Of a DNA stretch of 64,000 nt, positions 46,439 to 57,833 are shown piece after piece. The DNA lies in assembly GCA_035358715.1 (NCBI GenBank), contig DAOPPX010000003.1, positions 14,300-78,299 of the forward strand, given 5' to 3'. The notes under the pieces were generated by a model, which made no database searches, was not told where the DNA came from, and worked only from the letters and a program-made list of their open reading frames with translations. The position numbers were made by a program, and so were the translations under genes. This stretch comes from Verrucomicrobiota bacterium (GTDB taxonomy: Bacteria; Verrucomicrobiota; Verrucomicrobiia; Limisphaerales; UBA8199). Within the stretch, counting starts at the first letter, position 1, and every line of letters starts with the position of its first letter.

Positions 46439-47857
46439 CTACATCCCGCTGCGGACAAAGGTGAAATACGCCACCAGCACCAACGCCAGCCCGTAGGTCA
46501 GCCAGCCGATCTGCCGGCCTTTGCCGCTGAACAGCTTGATGATTGGGTAGCTGATAAAGCCCAGCGCGAGGCCGTCGGCGATCGAATAGGACAACGGAAT
46601 CCCGATCAGGGTCAGGAAAGCAGGCACCGATTCGCTGTAATCCTTCCAGTCCACCTTCGCGACGTTTTGAATCATCATGGCGCCGACGATCACCAGCGCC
46701 GGCGCGGTAATGGGCGGGTAGCTGCCCACCATCGCGATCAGCGGGCTGAAGCAGAGCGCCAGCAGGAATAGAGCTGCAACCACCAGCCCCGTCAGCCCCG
46801 TCCGCCCGCCCTGCTCGACGCCCGCGGCGCTCTCGACAAAACTCGTCACCGTGCTCGTGCCCAGCGCCGCCCCCGCAACCGTGCCAACCGCATCCGACAG
46901 CATCGCCTGTTTGGCGCGAGGCAACTTGTTGTCTTTGATGAAGCCCGCTTGCTCGCATACACCGATCAGCGTGCCGATCGCGTCAAATACGAGCATGAAC
47001 AGGAACACGAAAATGAACGGCAGCATCTTCGGCGTCAGCGCATGGGCCAGGTCTGCCTTTAAGAACGTCGGCGCCAGGGATGGTGGCGGCGCCACGATGC
47101 CTTTCGCAAATTCAAAGCGCTGTTCCAGCATTGACCCGGTGACGTCCGCCGCAGCCGCAATCGCGCGGGGCAGGTGCGGCAGGGCCAGTTTGAGCACCAC
47201 GGCCAACGCCGTCGCGCCCACGATGCCCCAGAGGATCGAACCGCGCACTCCGCGCGCGTGCAGCACCGCCGTCAGTAGCAGCCCGGCAAAGAACACGAGC
47301 AAATCCGGCGAGGCAAAATGCGCGTTCATTCTCACCGCCGTGCCGGGGTCCTTGAGAATCAGCCCGGCATTCTGCAGGCCGATGAAGGCGATGAACAATC
47401 CAATGCCCGCGGCAATGCCGTTCTTCAGGCTGGGACTGACGGCGTTGAAGATCAGCTCGCGCAGCCCCACCAGCGACAGGATCAGGAACAGCACCCCCGA
47501 AATGAACACTACTCCCAGCGCGACTTCCCACGCATTGCCAAACCCCGCTGCCGCCGCAGCCGGGATGGCCGAGAACACGAAGAAGAAATTCTCCCCCATC
47601 CCGGGCGCCTGCGCGATAGGATAGCGCGCATACAGCGCCATGATGGCCGTGGCCAGCGCCGCCGACAGGCAGGTCGCCGCCGTCACCGCGCCAAAATCCA
47701 TGCCCGTGGGTTTGCCGAACATCGCGCCCGACAACACAGCCGGCTGGACGAAGATGATGTAGGCCATCGTCAGGAAGGTCGTCAGCCCCGCCAGCAATTC
47801 TGTCCGCGCACTGGTCTGGTTCTCCGACAGGCGAAACAATCGTTCGAGCATAGCCAT
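46439..47857 (-). CDS. NCS2/AzgA-family purine permease
   Basis: ELLAGLTTFLTMAYI, APGMGENFFF, FDAIGTL, ESAAGVEQGGRTGL; start trimmed to MAMLER. Confidence 0.92.
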   Translation of the reverse strand: MAMLERLFRLSENQTSARTELLAGLTTFLTMAYIIFVQPAVLSGAMFGKPTGMDFGAVTAATCLSAALATAIMALYARYPIAQAPGMGENFFFVFSAIPAAAAAGFGNAWEVALGVVFISGVLFLILSLVGLRELIFNAVSPSLKNGIAAGIGLFIAFIGLQNAGLILKDPGTAVRMNAHFASPDLLVFFAGLLLTAVLHARGVRGSILWGIVGATALAVVLKLALPHLPRAIAAAADVTGSMLEQRFEFAKGIVAPPPSLAPTFLKADLAHALTPKMLPFIFVFLFMLVFDAIGTLIGVCEQAGFIKDNKLPRAKQAMLSDAVGTVAGAALGTSTVTSFVESAAGVEQGGRTGLTGLVVAALFLLALCFSPLIAMVGSYPPITAPALVIVGAMMIQNVAKVDWKDYSESVPAFLTLIGIPLSYSIADGLALGFISYPIIKLFSGKGRQIGWLTYGLALVLVAYFTFVRSGM

Positions 47858-48098
47858 CCCCAGAGTTCTGCGCCCCCTTTTCAGCCAACTCAAGCCCGGA
47901 GTTGGAGAAAGCGCCGGCAAGCCAGGTCCGGGGTGGTGCCGCTCCCGCGCCAGCGCATCCAACACTGGATTGGTTTGCCGTCGTCCTCAATGGGGCCGGG
48001 ATGCCGTGCCCGATTTGACAGGCTCAATTCAATGCGCTATTCATAATGGCCCAATGACAAATCTGACACTGCGCGGCAGCATGTGCGCTATCGCACAC

Positions 48099-48878
48099 AT
48101 GTTCAACCGCAGACCTGAAGACCTCAGTATCGCCCTCGTGGCGTTCTCCCTGGCGGCCACGACTCTCCCGCTGCAGGCTCAGCCAATCACTGTTCCAAAC
48201 TTCTCCTTCGAATCGCAATCGGGTGCTGGCTACCCGTTTGGCGTGAACGTCTACATTGACTCCTGGCAAAAGCCTGAGAACCCAGGCTACCCGGAAGGCG
48301 GAGAATTCTACTGGATCCAGTCAGCCGGAGCCTTCGTCGGCATCCCGCCGAACACTCCGAATCCGTACAGCAACCTCCTGGGCAGTCAGGCAGCCTACGT
48401 GCTGTCCATGCCCGGCGCCGGCCTGTTTCAGGACGACCAAACCGCCGACTGGAGCGGCGCGCAGACCGGGCTGAACGCCACCTACCAGGTCGGCTCGTCC
48501 TATCAATTGACCCTTGGCGTCTTTGGCAAAGGCATGGTGGAGGATTACTCCAGCCTCGAACTGAGCCTCTACTACCGGGACGGTGCAAGCCGGATCACAA
48601 TCGGCACGCCCACCACCATCACCTTTGACACGGCCATCTTCAATCCCGCAGGGCCGTTCGCACTCGTTGACTACTCCGTCATCGTTCCCACCGTCCAGGC
48701 CGGAGACGCCTGGGCCTACAAGAACATCGGCATCTCGATTGCATCCGTCCTTGGCAACGGCTCCGGCTATTGGGACATGGACAACGTCCGCCTGGTTGCC
48801 ACCGTGCCCGAGCCGGGCTCCCTCACCCTCGCGGCTTTAGGGCTGAGCGCCCTCCTGTTCAGGAGACTGCGCTCCTGA
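48099..48878 (+). CDS. PEP-CTERM sorting-domain protein
   Basis: Signal peptide; C-terminal VPEPGSLTLAALGLSALLFRRLRS. Confidence 0.9.
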   Translation: MFNRRPEDLSIALVAFSLAATTLPLQAQPITVPNFSFESQSGAGYPFGVNVYIDSWQKPENPGYPEGGEFYWIQSAGAFVGIPPNTPNPYSNLLGSQAAYVLSMPGAGLFQDDQTADWSGAQTGLNATYQVGSSYQLTLGVFGKGMVEDYSSLELSLYYRDGASRITIGTPTTITFDTAIFNPAGPFALVDYSVIVPTVQAGDAWAYKNIGISIASVLGNGSGYWDMDNVRLVATVPEPGSLTLAALGLSALLFRRLRS

Positions 48879-48932
48879 GGCGAAGCCTGAGGGCGGGCGC
48901 CGGAACGCCAGCCCCCGGCCAGGTTTCCTCCC

Positions 48933-49853
48933 ATGTTCAAGCCGACTCTTGCCATCGCCGCCGGCATCGCCTTCACCTTGCTGGAGCCCCTGGCCTCCGC
49001 TGGCCCCATCCCTGTTCCTAACGCCTCCTTCGAGTCCCCCGCCACCACCTTTGTGAGCGTTAACATAGACTCCTGGCAGAAGGCAGACAAACCCGGTTGG
49101 TATGCCGAAGGCGGCGGCTTCCTTTGGAGCCAGCTGGTCGGCCTTTTCAAGAACACGGGCATCACCAGCCCCGATCATATTGACAACTGCGACGGCAGCC
49201 AGGCCATCTGGCTGTTCGTTGTCCCCCAAGTCGCCCTCTTCCAGGACTACGACTCGACAGACTGGAGAAGCCCGGTGCCTACTCACGCCTTCAGCGCCAC
49301 CTTCGAGCCCGGCAAGTCCTACCAGCTAACTGTCGGTGTCCTTGGGACCAGCGGCGGCATGCTCCAGGGCGCCACGCTCGAACTCAGCCTCTACTATCGC
49401 GACGCCAACAGCAACAAAGTCGCCGTCGCCGCCGTCTCCATCACCAACACCCCCTCCATCTTCAGCACCAACACCCATTTCGTGGACTGCCAGGTCGCCG
49501 TCCCCACCGTGAGGCCCACCGACGCCTGGGCCGGACAAAACATCGGCATCCAGATGCTCTCGACCGTGGATACCAACCTCCAGGGCGGCTACTGGGATCT
49601 CGACAACGTTCGCCTCTCCTCAATTCTCGAGCCCGTTCTCCTCAACCCCGTCCGGACCAACAACCAAATCCAGTTCACCCTCCAAAGCGAGCCTGACCTC
49701 CGGCTCGAAATCCTCTCCGCCACCAACCTCACCCTCCCCCTGTCCGACTGGACCAGCCTGGGCACCCTCACCAACACCTCCGGGACCGCTTCCTTCACCG
49801 ACCCTGCGGCAGGCACCTGCCGCCGCTTCTACTGCGCGCGGCGCCTGCGCTGA
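48933..49853 (+). CDS. Secreted paralog of the PEP-CTERM protein with an alternative C-terminal domain
   Basis: Same passenger (VPNxSFES, IDSWQK, YQLTxGV, LELSLYYRD, AWAxxNIGI, GYWDxDNVRL); ends ...ATNL...DW...FTD...RRFY. Confidence 0.85.
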   Translation: MFKPTLAIAAGIAFTLLEPLASAGPIPVPNASFESPATTFVSVNIDSWQKADKPGWYAEGGGFLWSQLVGLFKNTGITSPDHIDNCDGSQAIWLFVVPQVALFQDYDSTDWRSPVPTHAFSATFEPGKSYQLTVGVLGTSGGMLQGATLELSLYYRDANSNKVAVAAVSITNTPSIFSTNTHFVDCQVAVPTVRPTDAWAGQNIGIQMLSTVDTNLQGGYWDLDNVRLSSILEPVLLNPVRTNNQIQFTLQSEPDLRLEILSATNLTLPLSDWTSLGTLTNTSGTASFTDPAAGTCRRFYCARRLR

Positions 49854-49862
49854 GAGAACCGG

Positions 49863-50648
49863 ATGAACTCCGCGCCTTCATCTACTCGCGCCTTTACGCT
49901 CATCGAACTGCTGGTCGTCATCGCCATCCTCGCCATCCTCGCCGCATTGCTGCTTCCCGCGCTGGCATCTGCCCGGGAAAAGGGCAAGCGAGCGGCCTGC
50001 GTTTCCAACCTGCGCCAGATCGGCATCGCCATACACAACTACGCCCCCGATTTCGACGGCCGGATCCCCTTCGGCCCCAAAGCCCCGCCGTTCACCAGCC
50101 CCGCCGAGTTCTACCCCTCCACCGGCGCCCCCACGAGCCTTCTTTCGCTGCGCAGCGGGGCCCCGGCGGCCCTCGGCCTCCTCCTCCAGCCCTACCTCGC
50201 CACGCAGCCCAAAGTCCTGTTCTGCCCCAGCAGCGATCAACCGCTGGACGCCCAGGCCGAGCTGAACAAGGTCGGCACCAGCCAAGCCCAGGGCAGCTAC
50301 TACTATCGCCACGGCGGCAATACCCAATTGTTCGAGAACCCGGCTGCCCCTCCTCCAACCGAACACCTCAAGCTCGACAGCCTTGGCCTCAACCGCAAGG
50401 GCCTGCCGATCCGCGCGCTGGCTATAGACACCCTTTTCCTATGTCCGGATGACCTGGAGGTCTTCAACGTCAAACCCCGCACCCACCACCAGCAACGCGT
50501 TGCTGACATTCTCTTTTCCGACGGTCATGTCGCCACGCGGCCCAACCGCAACGGCAGATTCACCGTGGACGTGCGGGACTACGCCCAGTTGCGCGACTCC
50601 TTCAATCGGATACTCGCGGTCCTTGAACAGGCCGACACCGAGCCGTGA
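49863..50648 (+). CDS. Prepilin-type N-terminal cleavage/methylation protein (H-X9-DG type)
   Basis: [25 protein letters not shown]; C-terminal H...ILFSDGHV. Confidence 0.88.
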   Translation: MNSAPSSTRAFTLIELLVVIAILAILAALLLPALASAREKGKRAACVSNLRQIGIAIHNYAPDFDGRIPFGPKAPPFTSPAEFYPSTGAPTSLLSLRSGAPAALGLLLQPYLATQPKVLFCPSSDQPLDAQAELNKVGTSQAQGSYYYRHGGNTQLFENPAAPPPTEHLKLDSLGLNRKGLPIRALAIDTLFLCPDDLEVFNVKPRTHHQQRVADILFSDGHVATRPNRNGRFTVDVRDYAQLRDSFNRILAVLEQADTEP

Positions 50649-51028
50649 ATCCGGCAGCTTAAGCCGCCCTATTTCGGCAACTTCTCAAACCGGAACGTGC
50701 AGCACCCCAGCTCCAGCACGTTCTTATTCGCCGCAAGCCGGTTCTTGAGGCTTGGAATCAACCTGTGTACCCGATGCTTTCCGTTCCTGCAATAAATTGG
50801 GATGCAGCCCAAACTCGCCCCCCACCACTGGCGCGGAGCAGAGGCGCAATAGCGGGCTCTATCGGTCTCTCGATGGGCGACTGCTTGCACAAGCCTGGTG
50901 CCCGGCAGGCAGAGGTTAATATCTACATATCAAGATACGTTGATTTCTGGCTTGCCCTGCAGGATGGCAGCCGTTAGGTTGCTCCGGTCCGGCCCGTTGA
51001 GGGGCCAGCCGAATTGTGGAATAAGACA

Positions 51029-54000
51029 ATGGCAGATGTGAATGTCAGAGTGGAGCGATCGCAGGAGCTGGAGCGGCTGCTGCGGGAGCGCATTGTGCTT
51101 CTGGACGGGGCGATGGGCACGATGATCCAGGCGCACCACCTGGGCGAGGCGGCATTTCGCGGGGAGCGTTTCAAGGATTGGCCTCGGGATTTGAAGGGCA
51201 ACAACGACCTGCTCAGCCTGACGCAGCCGCAGATCATTCAGGCCATCCATCGTGAGTACCTCGAAGCCGGGGCAGACATTATCGAGGCGAACACGTTCAA
51301 CTCGACCTCGATCTCGCTGGCGGATTACGGGCTGGAGAACCTGGCCTATGAGCTGAATGTGGCGGGGGGGCGCAATGCGCGCGTCGCGGCGGACGCCGTG
51401 ATGGCGGCGCATCCCGGGCGCGTGTGTTTTGTCGCGGGCGCGCTCGGGCCGACCAGCAAGACGGCATCCCTTTCGCCCGATGTCCATAACCCGGCATTCC
51501 GCGCCGTCACTTTTGACCAACTGGTCGGGGCATATTCCGAGCAGACTCGCGGTTTGCTGGACGGGGGGGTGGACTTGCTGCTGCTGGAGACGGTGTTTGA
51601 TTCGCTGAACTCCAAGGCAGCGCTGTTCGCGATTGCGCAACACTTCGAGGATACCGGCCGCCAGGTGCCGGTGATGGTCTCCTTCACGATCACCGACCTG
51701 AGCGGGCGCACCTTGTCGGGCCAGACGGTGGAGGCGTATTGGAATTCCATTTCGCACCACCGGCTGCTGAGTGTTGGCATCAACTGCGCGCTGGGGCCGA
51801 AGGAGATGCGGCCATTCATCGAGGAGTTGGCCGGCATTGCGGACATCTTCGTCAGCGCCTACCCGAACGCGGGGCTGCCCAACCCGATGTTGCCGACCGG
51901 TTTCCCCGAGACGCCCGAGACGCTCGCCCTGCAGCTCAAGGAATGGGCGGAGAACGGGTGGCTGAACATCCTCGGCGGCTGCTGCGGCACCACGCCCGCG
52001 CACATCCGGGCGCTGGCCGGGGCGATTCGCGGCTTGCCGCCGCGCATCCCGCCGAAAATCAAGCCGGCCACCCGCTTGAGCGGCCTGGAGGCGCTGACCA
52101 TTCGCCCGGAGGCGAACTTCGTCAACATCGGCGAGCGCACCAATATCACCGGCTCGCCCCGGTTCGCCAAGCTGATCCTGGCCGGCAATTACGAAGCCGC
52201 GCTGGCCATCGCCAAGCAGCAGGTCGAGAACGGCGCCCAGGTCATTGATGTGAACATGGACGAGGGCATGCTGGATTCGGAGAAGGCGATGACAACCTTT
52301 CTGAACCTGGTGGCCGCGGAGCCGGACATCGCCCGCGTGCCGGTGATGATTGACAGCTCCAAGTGGTCGGTCATCGAGGCAGGACTGAAGTGTCTCCAGG
52401 GCAAAGGCATCGTCAACTCGATCAGCCTCAAGGAAGGCGAGGAGAAATTCGCCAGCCGGGCCAGGCTGATCCGGCGTTACGGCGCTGCGGTGGTGGTGAT
52501 GGCGTTCGACGAACGCGGCCAGGCGGACACCTTCGAGCGCAAGATCGAAGTCTGCGGGCGCTCGTATCGCATCCTGACCCGGCAGGCCGGCTTCCCGGCG
52601 CAGGACATTATCTTCGACCCGAACGTGCTCACGGTCGGCACCGGGATCGAGGAGCACAGCAACTACGCGGTGGACTTTATCCGCGCCACGAAGTGGATCA
52701 AGGAGAACCTGCCCCTGGCGCGCGTCAGCGGCGGCATCAGCAACGTGTCGTTCTCCTTCCGCGGCAACAACGTGGTGCGGGAGGCGATGCATTCGGCTTT
52801 TCTCTACCACGCCATCCGGGCCGGGCTCGACATGGGCATCGTGAACCCCGGCATGTTGGAGGTGTATGAGGAGATACCCGGGCCGCTGTTGGAGCGCGTG
52901 GAAGACCTGCTGCTCAATCGCCGGCCGGATGCGACCGAGCGGTTGGTCACGTTCGCCGAGAGTCTCAAGCAGAAGGACGAGGCGGACATTGCCGAGGCGG
53001 AGTGGCGCAGGGAATCCGTCGAGCAACGTCTCAGCCACGCGCTCATCAAAGGCATCGTGGATTACATTGACAAGGACGCCGAGGAGGCCCGCCAGAAGTA
53101 TGGCAGGCCGCTGCAGGTCATCGAGGGGCCGCTCATGCAGGGCATGAACGTGGTCGGCGACCTGTTCGGCTCCGGCAGGATGTTTCTGCCGCAAGTGGTC
53201 AAGAGCGCGCGGGTGATGAAGAAAGCCGTTGCCTGTCTGCTGCCGTTCATGGAGGCGGAGAAGGCCGCGTCCGGCCAGCGCCAATCCCAGGGCTGTATTC
53301 TCCTGGCCACCGTCAAAGGTGACGTGCACGACATCGGCAAGAACATCGTCGGCGTAGTGCTCGGCTGCAACAACTACGAGGTCATAGACCTGGGCGTCAT
53401 GGTGCCAGCGGAGAAGCTCCTGCAGACCGCGCGCGAGCGAAAGGTAGATATTGTCGGCGTGAGCGGGCTGATCACCCCCTCGCTGGACGAGATGGTCCAC
53501 GTCGCCAAGGAAATGGAGCGTGAGGGGTTCCGCATTCCCCTGCTGATCGGCGGTGCCACCACCAGCAAGGCCCACACGGCCGTGAAGATCTCCGCCGGCT
53601 ACTCCCAGCCGGTTGTTCACGTCCTGGACGCCTCGCGCGCTGTGGGCGTGGTGAGCAATCTCCTGAATCCCCGTCTCAAGCCTGCTTACGTCGAAGGTGT
53701 CCGCGCCGACTATGACAGAGTCCGCGCGCAACACGGCGGGGCCGCGGCCAAACCGCTGCTTACCCTTGAGGAGGCCCGCCGCCGTCGCACCCCCATCGTG
53801 TGGCAGGCGAGCGACATTCCTCAGCCCGCCTTTACCGGGCTGCGCGTCCTCGCTTCCGACCACGCAACACGCGACACGCAACACGCTTTCCCCCTCAGCC
53901 TGGCCGACCTGGTCCCTTTCATAGACTGGTCGCCGTTCTTTCACACCTGGGAACTGCGCGGCCGCTACCCGGACATCCTGCAGAACCCCGAAGCGAAGAA

Positions 54001-54805
54001 ACTCTTCGAGGACGCGCAGGAACTGCTGCACGACATTGTCCTACGGAGATCACTGATCGCGCGCGCCGTGTATGGCTTCTTCCCGGCCAATGCCGTCGGC
54101 GATGACGTCGAGCTCTACACCGACGACTCCCGCACGCGTGTCCTCGCTACCTTCCATTTCCTCCGTCAGCAAATGGACAAGCCCCAGGACCAGTTCAACC
54201 ATTGCCTGGCGGACTACATCGCGCCCAAAGTCCCTCAATCCTCAACTCTCAACCCTCAACTCCCCGACCACCTGGGCGCCTTTGCTGTCAGCGCCGGTTT
54301 CGGTGCCGAGGAACTGTGCGCCGCATTCGAGCGTGACCACGACGACTACAACTCGATCATGACCAAGGCCCTGGCCGACCGGCTGGCCGAGGCGTTTGCT
54401 GAGTACCTCCACAAGCGGGTCCGCCAGGAATGGGGCTATGGCCAGACCGAGGACCTGACCAACGCCGACCTGATTCGCGAGAAATATCGCGGCATCCGGC
54501 CCGCCGCCGGTTATCCCGCCTGCCCTGACCACACGGAGAAGTGGACTCTCTGGAAACTGCTCGACGTGGAGACGCACACCGGCATCAAGCTGACCGAGAG
54601 CTGCGCCATGTGGCCCGGTGCCAGCGTCAGCGGGCTCTACTTCGCTCACCCGGAGTCCAAGTACTTCGGCGTTGGCAAGCTCGGCCGCGACCAGGTGCTG
54701 GATTACCACCGCCGCAAGCACATGGACCTGCCCGCCGTCGAGCGCTGGCTCGGCCCCTATCTGAACTACGAACCCGCCCCCGCAACGTCGCAGCAGCCGA
54801 CCTGA
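51029..54805 (+). CDS. metH: Cobalamin-dependent methionine synthase
   Basis: [51 protein letters not shown]. Confidence 0.98.
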   Translation: MADVNVRVERSQELERLLRERIVLLDGAMGTMIQAHHLGEAAFRGERFKDWPRDLKGNNDLLSLTQPQIIQAIHREYLEAGADIIEANTFNSTSISLADYGLENLAYELNVAGGRNARVAADAVMAAHPGRVCFVAGALGPTSKTASLSPDVHNPAFRAVTFDQLVGAYSEQTRGLLDGGVDLLLLETVFDSLNSKAALFAIAQHFEDTGRQVPVMVSFTITDLSGRTLSGQTVEAYWNSISHHRLLSVGINCALGPKEMRPFIEELAGIADIFVSAYPNAGLPNPMLPTGFPETPETLALQLKEWAENGWLNILGGCCGTTPAHIRALAGAIRGLPPRIPPKIKPATRLSGLEALTIRPEANFVNIGERTNITGSPRFAKLILAGNYEAALAIAKQQVENGAQVIDVNMDEGMLDSEKAMTTFLNLVAAEPDIARVPVMIDSSKWSVIEAGLKCLQGKGIVNSISLKEGEEKFASRARLIRRYGAAVVVMAFDERGQADTFERKIEVCGRSYRILTRQAGFPAQDIIFDPNVLTVGTGIEEHSNYAVDFIRATKWIKENLPLARVSGGISNVSFSFRGNNVVREAMHSAFLYHAIRAGLDMGIVNPGMLEVYEEIPGPLLERVEDLLLNRRPDATERLVTFAESLKQKDEADIAEAEWRRESVEQRLSHALIKGIVDYIDKDAEEARQKYGRPLQVIEGPLMQGMNVVGDLFGSGRMFLPQVVKSARVMKKAVACLLPFMEAEKAASGQRQSQGCILLATVKGDVHDIGKNIVGVVLGCNNYEVIDLGVMVPAEKLLQTARERKVDIVGVSGLITPSLDEMVHVAKEMEREGFRIPLLIGGATTSKAHTAVKISAGYSQPVVHVLDASRAVGVVSNLLNPRLKPAYVEGVRADYDRVRAQHGGAAAKPLLTLEEARRRRTPIVWQASDIPQPAFTGLRVLASDHATRDTQHAFPLSLADLVPFIDWSPFFHTWELRGRYPDILQNPEAKKLFEDAQELLHDIVLRRSLIARAVYGFFPANAVGDDVELYTDDSRTRVLATFHFLRQQMDKPQDQFNHCLADYIAPKVPQSSTLNPQLPDHLGAFAVSAGFGAEELCAAFERDHDDYNSIMTKALADRLAEAFAEYLHKRVRQEWGYGQTEDLTNADLIREKYRGIRPAAGYPACPDHTEKWTLWKLLDVETHTGIKLTESCAMWPGASVSGLYFAHPESKYFGVGKLGRDQVLDYHRRKHMDLPAVERWLGPYLNYEPAPATSQQPT

Positions 54806-54858
54806 AGAGGCCCTGGTTTTGACCGCAGAGGCCCACCAACGGAGGGATTCGAGCCTCC

Positions 54859-55025
54859 GACATCCAGACCCACTGGAAACGATGTGAGTCGAGTTCCCCC
54901 CTGACCAGACCCCGTCTTTCGGCCGTAGTACATCCGTTGCTCCTCCGTCCCTCCTCCGTCCCTCCTCCGTCCCACCTCCCACCGCCGGTCGGAGGAGGGA
55001 CGGAGGAGGGACGGGGGTGCTACGG
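54859..55025 (-). repeat. Extragenic repeat element, copy B
   Basis: Reverse complement aligns with 5018-5184: ccgtagcac...gtactacgg hairpin built of 11-bp ccgtccctcct units, plus the conserved tail. Confidence 0.8.
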
Positions 55026-55133
55026 TGGCAACTGGCATCGCGGTAACGGCCGGCAGCTTGCGGTCCGAACTGGTCAAACGGCGCCCGCGTTTTCCGTTGA
55101 GTCGCTTTCCGGCGCGGACTAGCTTGGGCTTCC

Positions 55134-56105
55134 ATGAACATCTTTGTCACTGGCGGCGCCGGCTATATCGGCTCGATTTGCGCCGAAGCGTTGTTGGAAG
55201 CCGGATATGCCGTGACGGTTTATGACGATCTGAGCGAAGGCCATCGCTCGGCGGTGGACCGGCGGGCGCGGTTTGTGCCGGGGCGCCCGGACGAGGCGGG
55301 CCACATCCTCAACGCCATCCAGGAGGCCCGGCCCGACGCGATCATGCACTTCGCCGCCAACGCGTTGGTTGGCGAGTCCATGACCAACCCGAGGAAGTAC
55401 TTCCACAACAACGTCGTCAATGGCCTCAAGCTGCTCGATGCCGCCGTCGAATGCGGCGTGAAGAAGTTCGTTTTCAGCTCCACCTGCGCCACCTACGGCC
55501 CGCCCGAGCGCCTGCCGATGACCGAGGACTTGCCCCAACGCCCGATCAACCCATACGGCGAGTCCAAGCTGATCTTCGAGAAAATGCTCCAGTGGTATCA
55601 GCGGATCTACGGGCTGGAGTTCATTGCCTTCCGGTATTTCAACGCCGCCGGCGCCAGCGAGCGATTCGGCGAGCACCATCGCCTCGAAACGCACCTCATC
55701 CCCAACGTCCTGCAAGTCGCCCTGGGCCAGAAACCGCACTGCGAGATTTACGGCACGGATTACCCCACCCCCGACGGCACCTGTATTAGGGATTACATCC
55801 ACATCCGCGACCTGGCCCAGGCGCATATCCTCGGCCTGACGCCCGGCCGCCAGGGCTTCTATAACCTCGGCAACGGCGATGGTTACTCTGTGCGCCAGGT
55901 GCTCCAGACCTGCGAAAAGGTTGCCGGCAAAGCCATCCCCGCTCTTGAAAAGCCGCGCCGTCCCGGCGATCCGCCGCGCCTGGTCGCCTCAGCGGCACGG
56001 GCGATGCAGGACCTCGGCTGGCAGCCCAAGTATCCCAGTCTCGAAGACATCATCGCCAGCGCCTGGACCTGGCACCAGCGCCACCCCCAGGGCTATCCCG
56101 ACTAA
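55134..56105 (+). CDS. galE: UDP-glucose 4-epimerase
   Basis: VTGGAGYIGS, FSSTCATYG, PYGESK, YFNAAG, DGTCIRDYIH. Confidence 0.96.
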   Translation: MNIFVTGGAGYIGSICAEALLEAGYAVTVYDDLSEGHRSAVDRRARFVPGRPDEAGHILNAIQEARPDAIMHFAANALVGESMTNPRKYFHNNVVNGLKLLDAAVECGVKKFVFSSTCATYGPPERLPMTEDLPQRPINPYGESKLIFEKMLQWYQRIYGLEFIAFRYFNAAGASERFGEHHRLETHLIPNVLQVALGQKPHCEIYGTDYPTPDGTCIRDYIHIRDLAQAHILGLTPGRQGFYNLGNGDGYSVRQVLQTCEKVAGKAIPALEKPRRPGDPPRLVASAARAMQDLGWQPKYPSLEDIIASAWTWHQRHPQGYPD

Positions 56106-56161
56106 CCCATCTGACGTCGCTCCGACCCGGGCATCATTCCTGCCGCGAGCAAACGTCCTGC

Positions 56162-57724
56162 TCACCGGCTCGCGCTCAGCACCTCTACGGGACCGAGGTT
56201 GTGACGGATCGTCAGCACGCCGGCGGGTGCGTCAAACCACCACCCGACCTGGCCCTCGGCAGGCGCGGCCTTCAGTAGCTGAAGATCATGCGCGCCCGCG
56301 CGCACGGCCTTCGGCACGAAGCTCAGCTTGAGAACCGCGCGCGATGCTGCAATGGTCTCGAACCTCACCTGTCCTGCCGAGTAGCGGACATTCTGCGGGC
56401 AAACGCTGCTGCCCAGGAGGTGATCCTGCCGGTTGGGCGCCAACTCCGGCAGGGAGGACATCGCCTCAAGCACATGGCACACCGTATAGAGATGCTGAGA
56501 ATACCAATCTGGCCGGTTGGCTTTGCCCTTCTTCGGGTTCACGGAATGGAAGAAGGTGCGGAAGAGGCCGGCGGGCGACTGCATGTAGGTGAGCGCATTG
56601 ATCCCTGACAATGCGCGCCGCTTCACCTGCTCATCGCGGGTAATTGAGTATAGGTTGGCCAGGGCCAGGCAGTAGCGCGCGGTGTGCCCCGGCATGATGT
56701 GATCGAACCCCGCCTGCTCGGCAACAGCCGGCGCGGGTGCCGCGGCATGGCCATCGGTGTGCACCAACCGTTCCTCCATCCGGCTGAGGATGCGGCGGCC
56801 CATTTCGATATACTTCGGTTGGTCTGTGGCCTGGCGGAAAAGGTAGGCGGCCGTGAAGGACATCGGCTCGGCGGAGAGGTAGCCTTCTTCCTTGAGGCGA
56901 ATGTCCTCGTGGTAAGTGCCCCACAGGTTCTTCTCGACGTTCCGTTGAAGCATGAGCTTGAGGGCGCGGTCATGGGCGCGGCGATAGGCCGGCTGGTCGT
57001 CGTGGCGACGCATCGTCTCGAAGAACTCCACCATGAAGACCGGCGCCCCGCCGAAATCCTGCCGGACGCTGCCGTCCTCCGGCAAAACTCGGAAGGGCCA
57101 GCTCCCGTCTTTGCGCTGCTGGCGGACGAGGGTTTCGGCGATCGCCCGCGCGCCGTCGAGGTATTTCTTCTGCGAATCAGCTTCGTAAAGGGCGAGATAG
57201 GCGCTGCCGATGAATGCCGCTTTGTCCGGCTCAATGCTGTCTTCATCCCTCGATCCGCCGGGCCGCCCGTTGGAGAAGGTGGAGTAGGGCAGGTTGCCGT
57301 ATGCCGCCCCGGACGGGGTTGAGTGCCCCAGATTCCAGTCGGCCAGGTCGCGGGCGCGGAGCAGCCATTCCCGCTCTCCGGTGTAGGCGTAATAGCGCAG
57401 GAAGGTAAACATGAAGTAGGCATGCTGGCGCGCCGGAAAGGACAATGCGCGCTGCGAACGCGAACCATCCGGATTCACAAAGGCGCTGGTGAAATAGCCG
57501 GCCAACTCGCCGTTTGATTGGCCGGGCACATAACCGCCATCCGCCTTCTTAAGAAACTGCATGGCTTCGGTGATTGCCGCCGCCACCGGCCGACGCGGCA
57601 GGACAACACCGTTGGCCACGGGCACTCCACTGGCTTTTGCCGGCTCCGCTGCCCCGAGCGGACCGGCTGCCGGCAGATGTAGCAGCCCAACGACAAAGAG
57701 GATGTGCAACTGCTGGCTATTCAT
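56162..57724 (-). CDS. Secreted (alpha/alpha)-barrel hydrolase-like hypothetical protein
   Basis: Signal peptide; 'YYAYTGEREWLLRARDLADW' and 'KYLDGARAIAETL' helices typical of toroid glycosidases. Confidence 0.6.
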   Translation of the reverse strand: MNSQQLHILFVVGLLHLPAAGPLGAAEPAKASGVPVANGVVLPRRPVAAAITEAMQFLKKADGGYVPGQSNGELAGYFTSAFVNPDGSRSQRALSFPARQHAYFMFTFLRYYAYTGEREWLLRARDLADWNLGHSTPSGAAYGNLPYSTFSNGRPGGSRDEDSIEPDKAAFIGSAYLALYEADSQKKYLDGARAIAETLVRQQRKDGSWPFRVLPEDGSVRQDFGGAPVFMVEFFETMRRHDDQPAYRRAHDRALKLMLQRNVEKNLWGTYHEDIRLKEEGYLSAEPMSFTAAYLFRQATDQPKYIEMGRRILSRMEERLVHTDGHAAAPAPAVAEQAGFDHIMPGHTARYCLALANLYSITRDEQVKRRALSGINALTYMQSPAGLFRTFFHSVNPKKGKANRPDWYSQHLYTVCHVLEAMSSLPELAPNRQDHLLGSSVCPQNVRYSAGQVRFETIAASRAVLKLSFVPKAVRAGAHDLQLLKAAPAEGQVGWWFDAPAGVLTIRHNLGPVEVLSASR

Positions 57725-57833
57725 GCGGGGCAGGGTATTGTCGGCCGGGTCTGGTTCAAGACTGAAGAGCCTGCGCAGCGGGGCAGCTTTTCGCAGTTTC
57801 CAACTGCCTCCCGCACCGTTATAAATCATCCGC

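Noticed and set aside
48015-48047. Sigma70 promoter TTGACA...CATAAT before the PEP-CTERM gene
   Set aside because: Spacing is 21 bp to CATAAT, and the 17-bp position gives a poor -10.
50669-50890. Small ORF with 'VLELGCC' resembling a methyltransferase motif
   Set aside because: The motif is incomplete and at the C-terminus, with no other support.
50650-51028. SAM or cobalamin riboswitch upstream of metH
   Set aside because: I could not find the conserved SAM-I or B12-box cores by eye; cmscan would settle it.
50930-54031. 1033-aa minus-strand ORF and the many other long overlapping ORFs
   Set aside because: These are antisense or alternate-frame shadows of recognised genes, expected at this GC content; they lack recognisable motifs.
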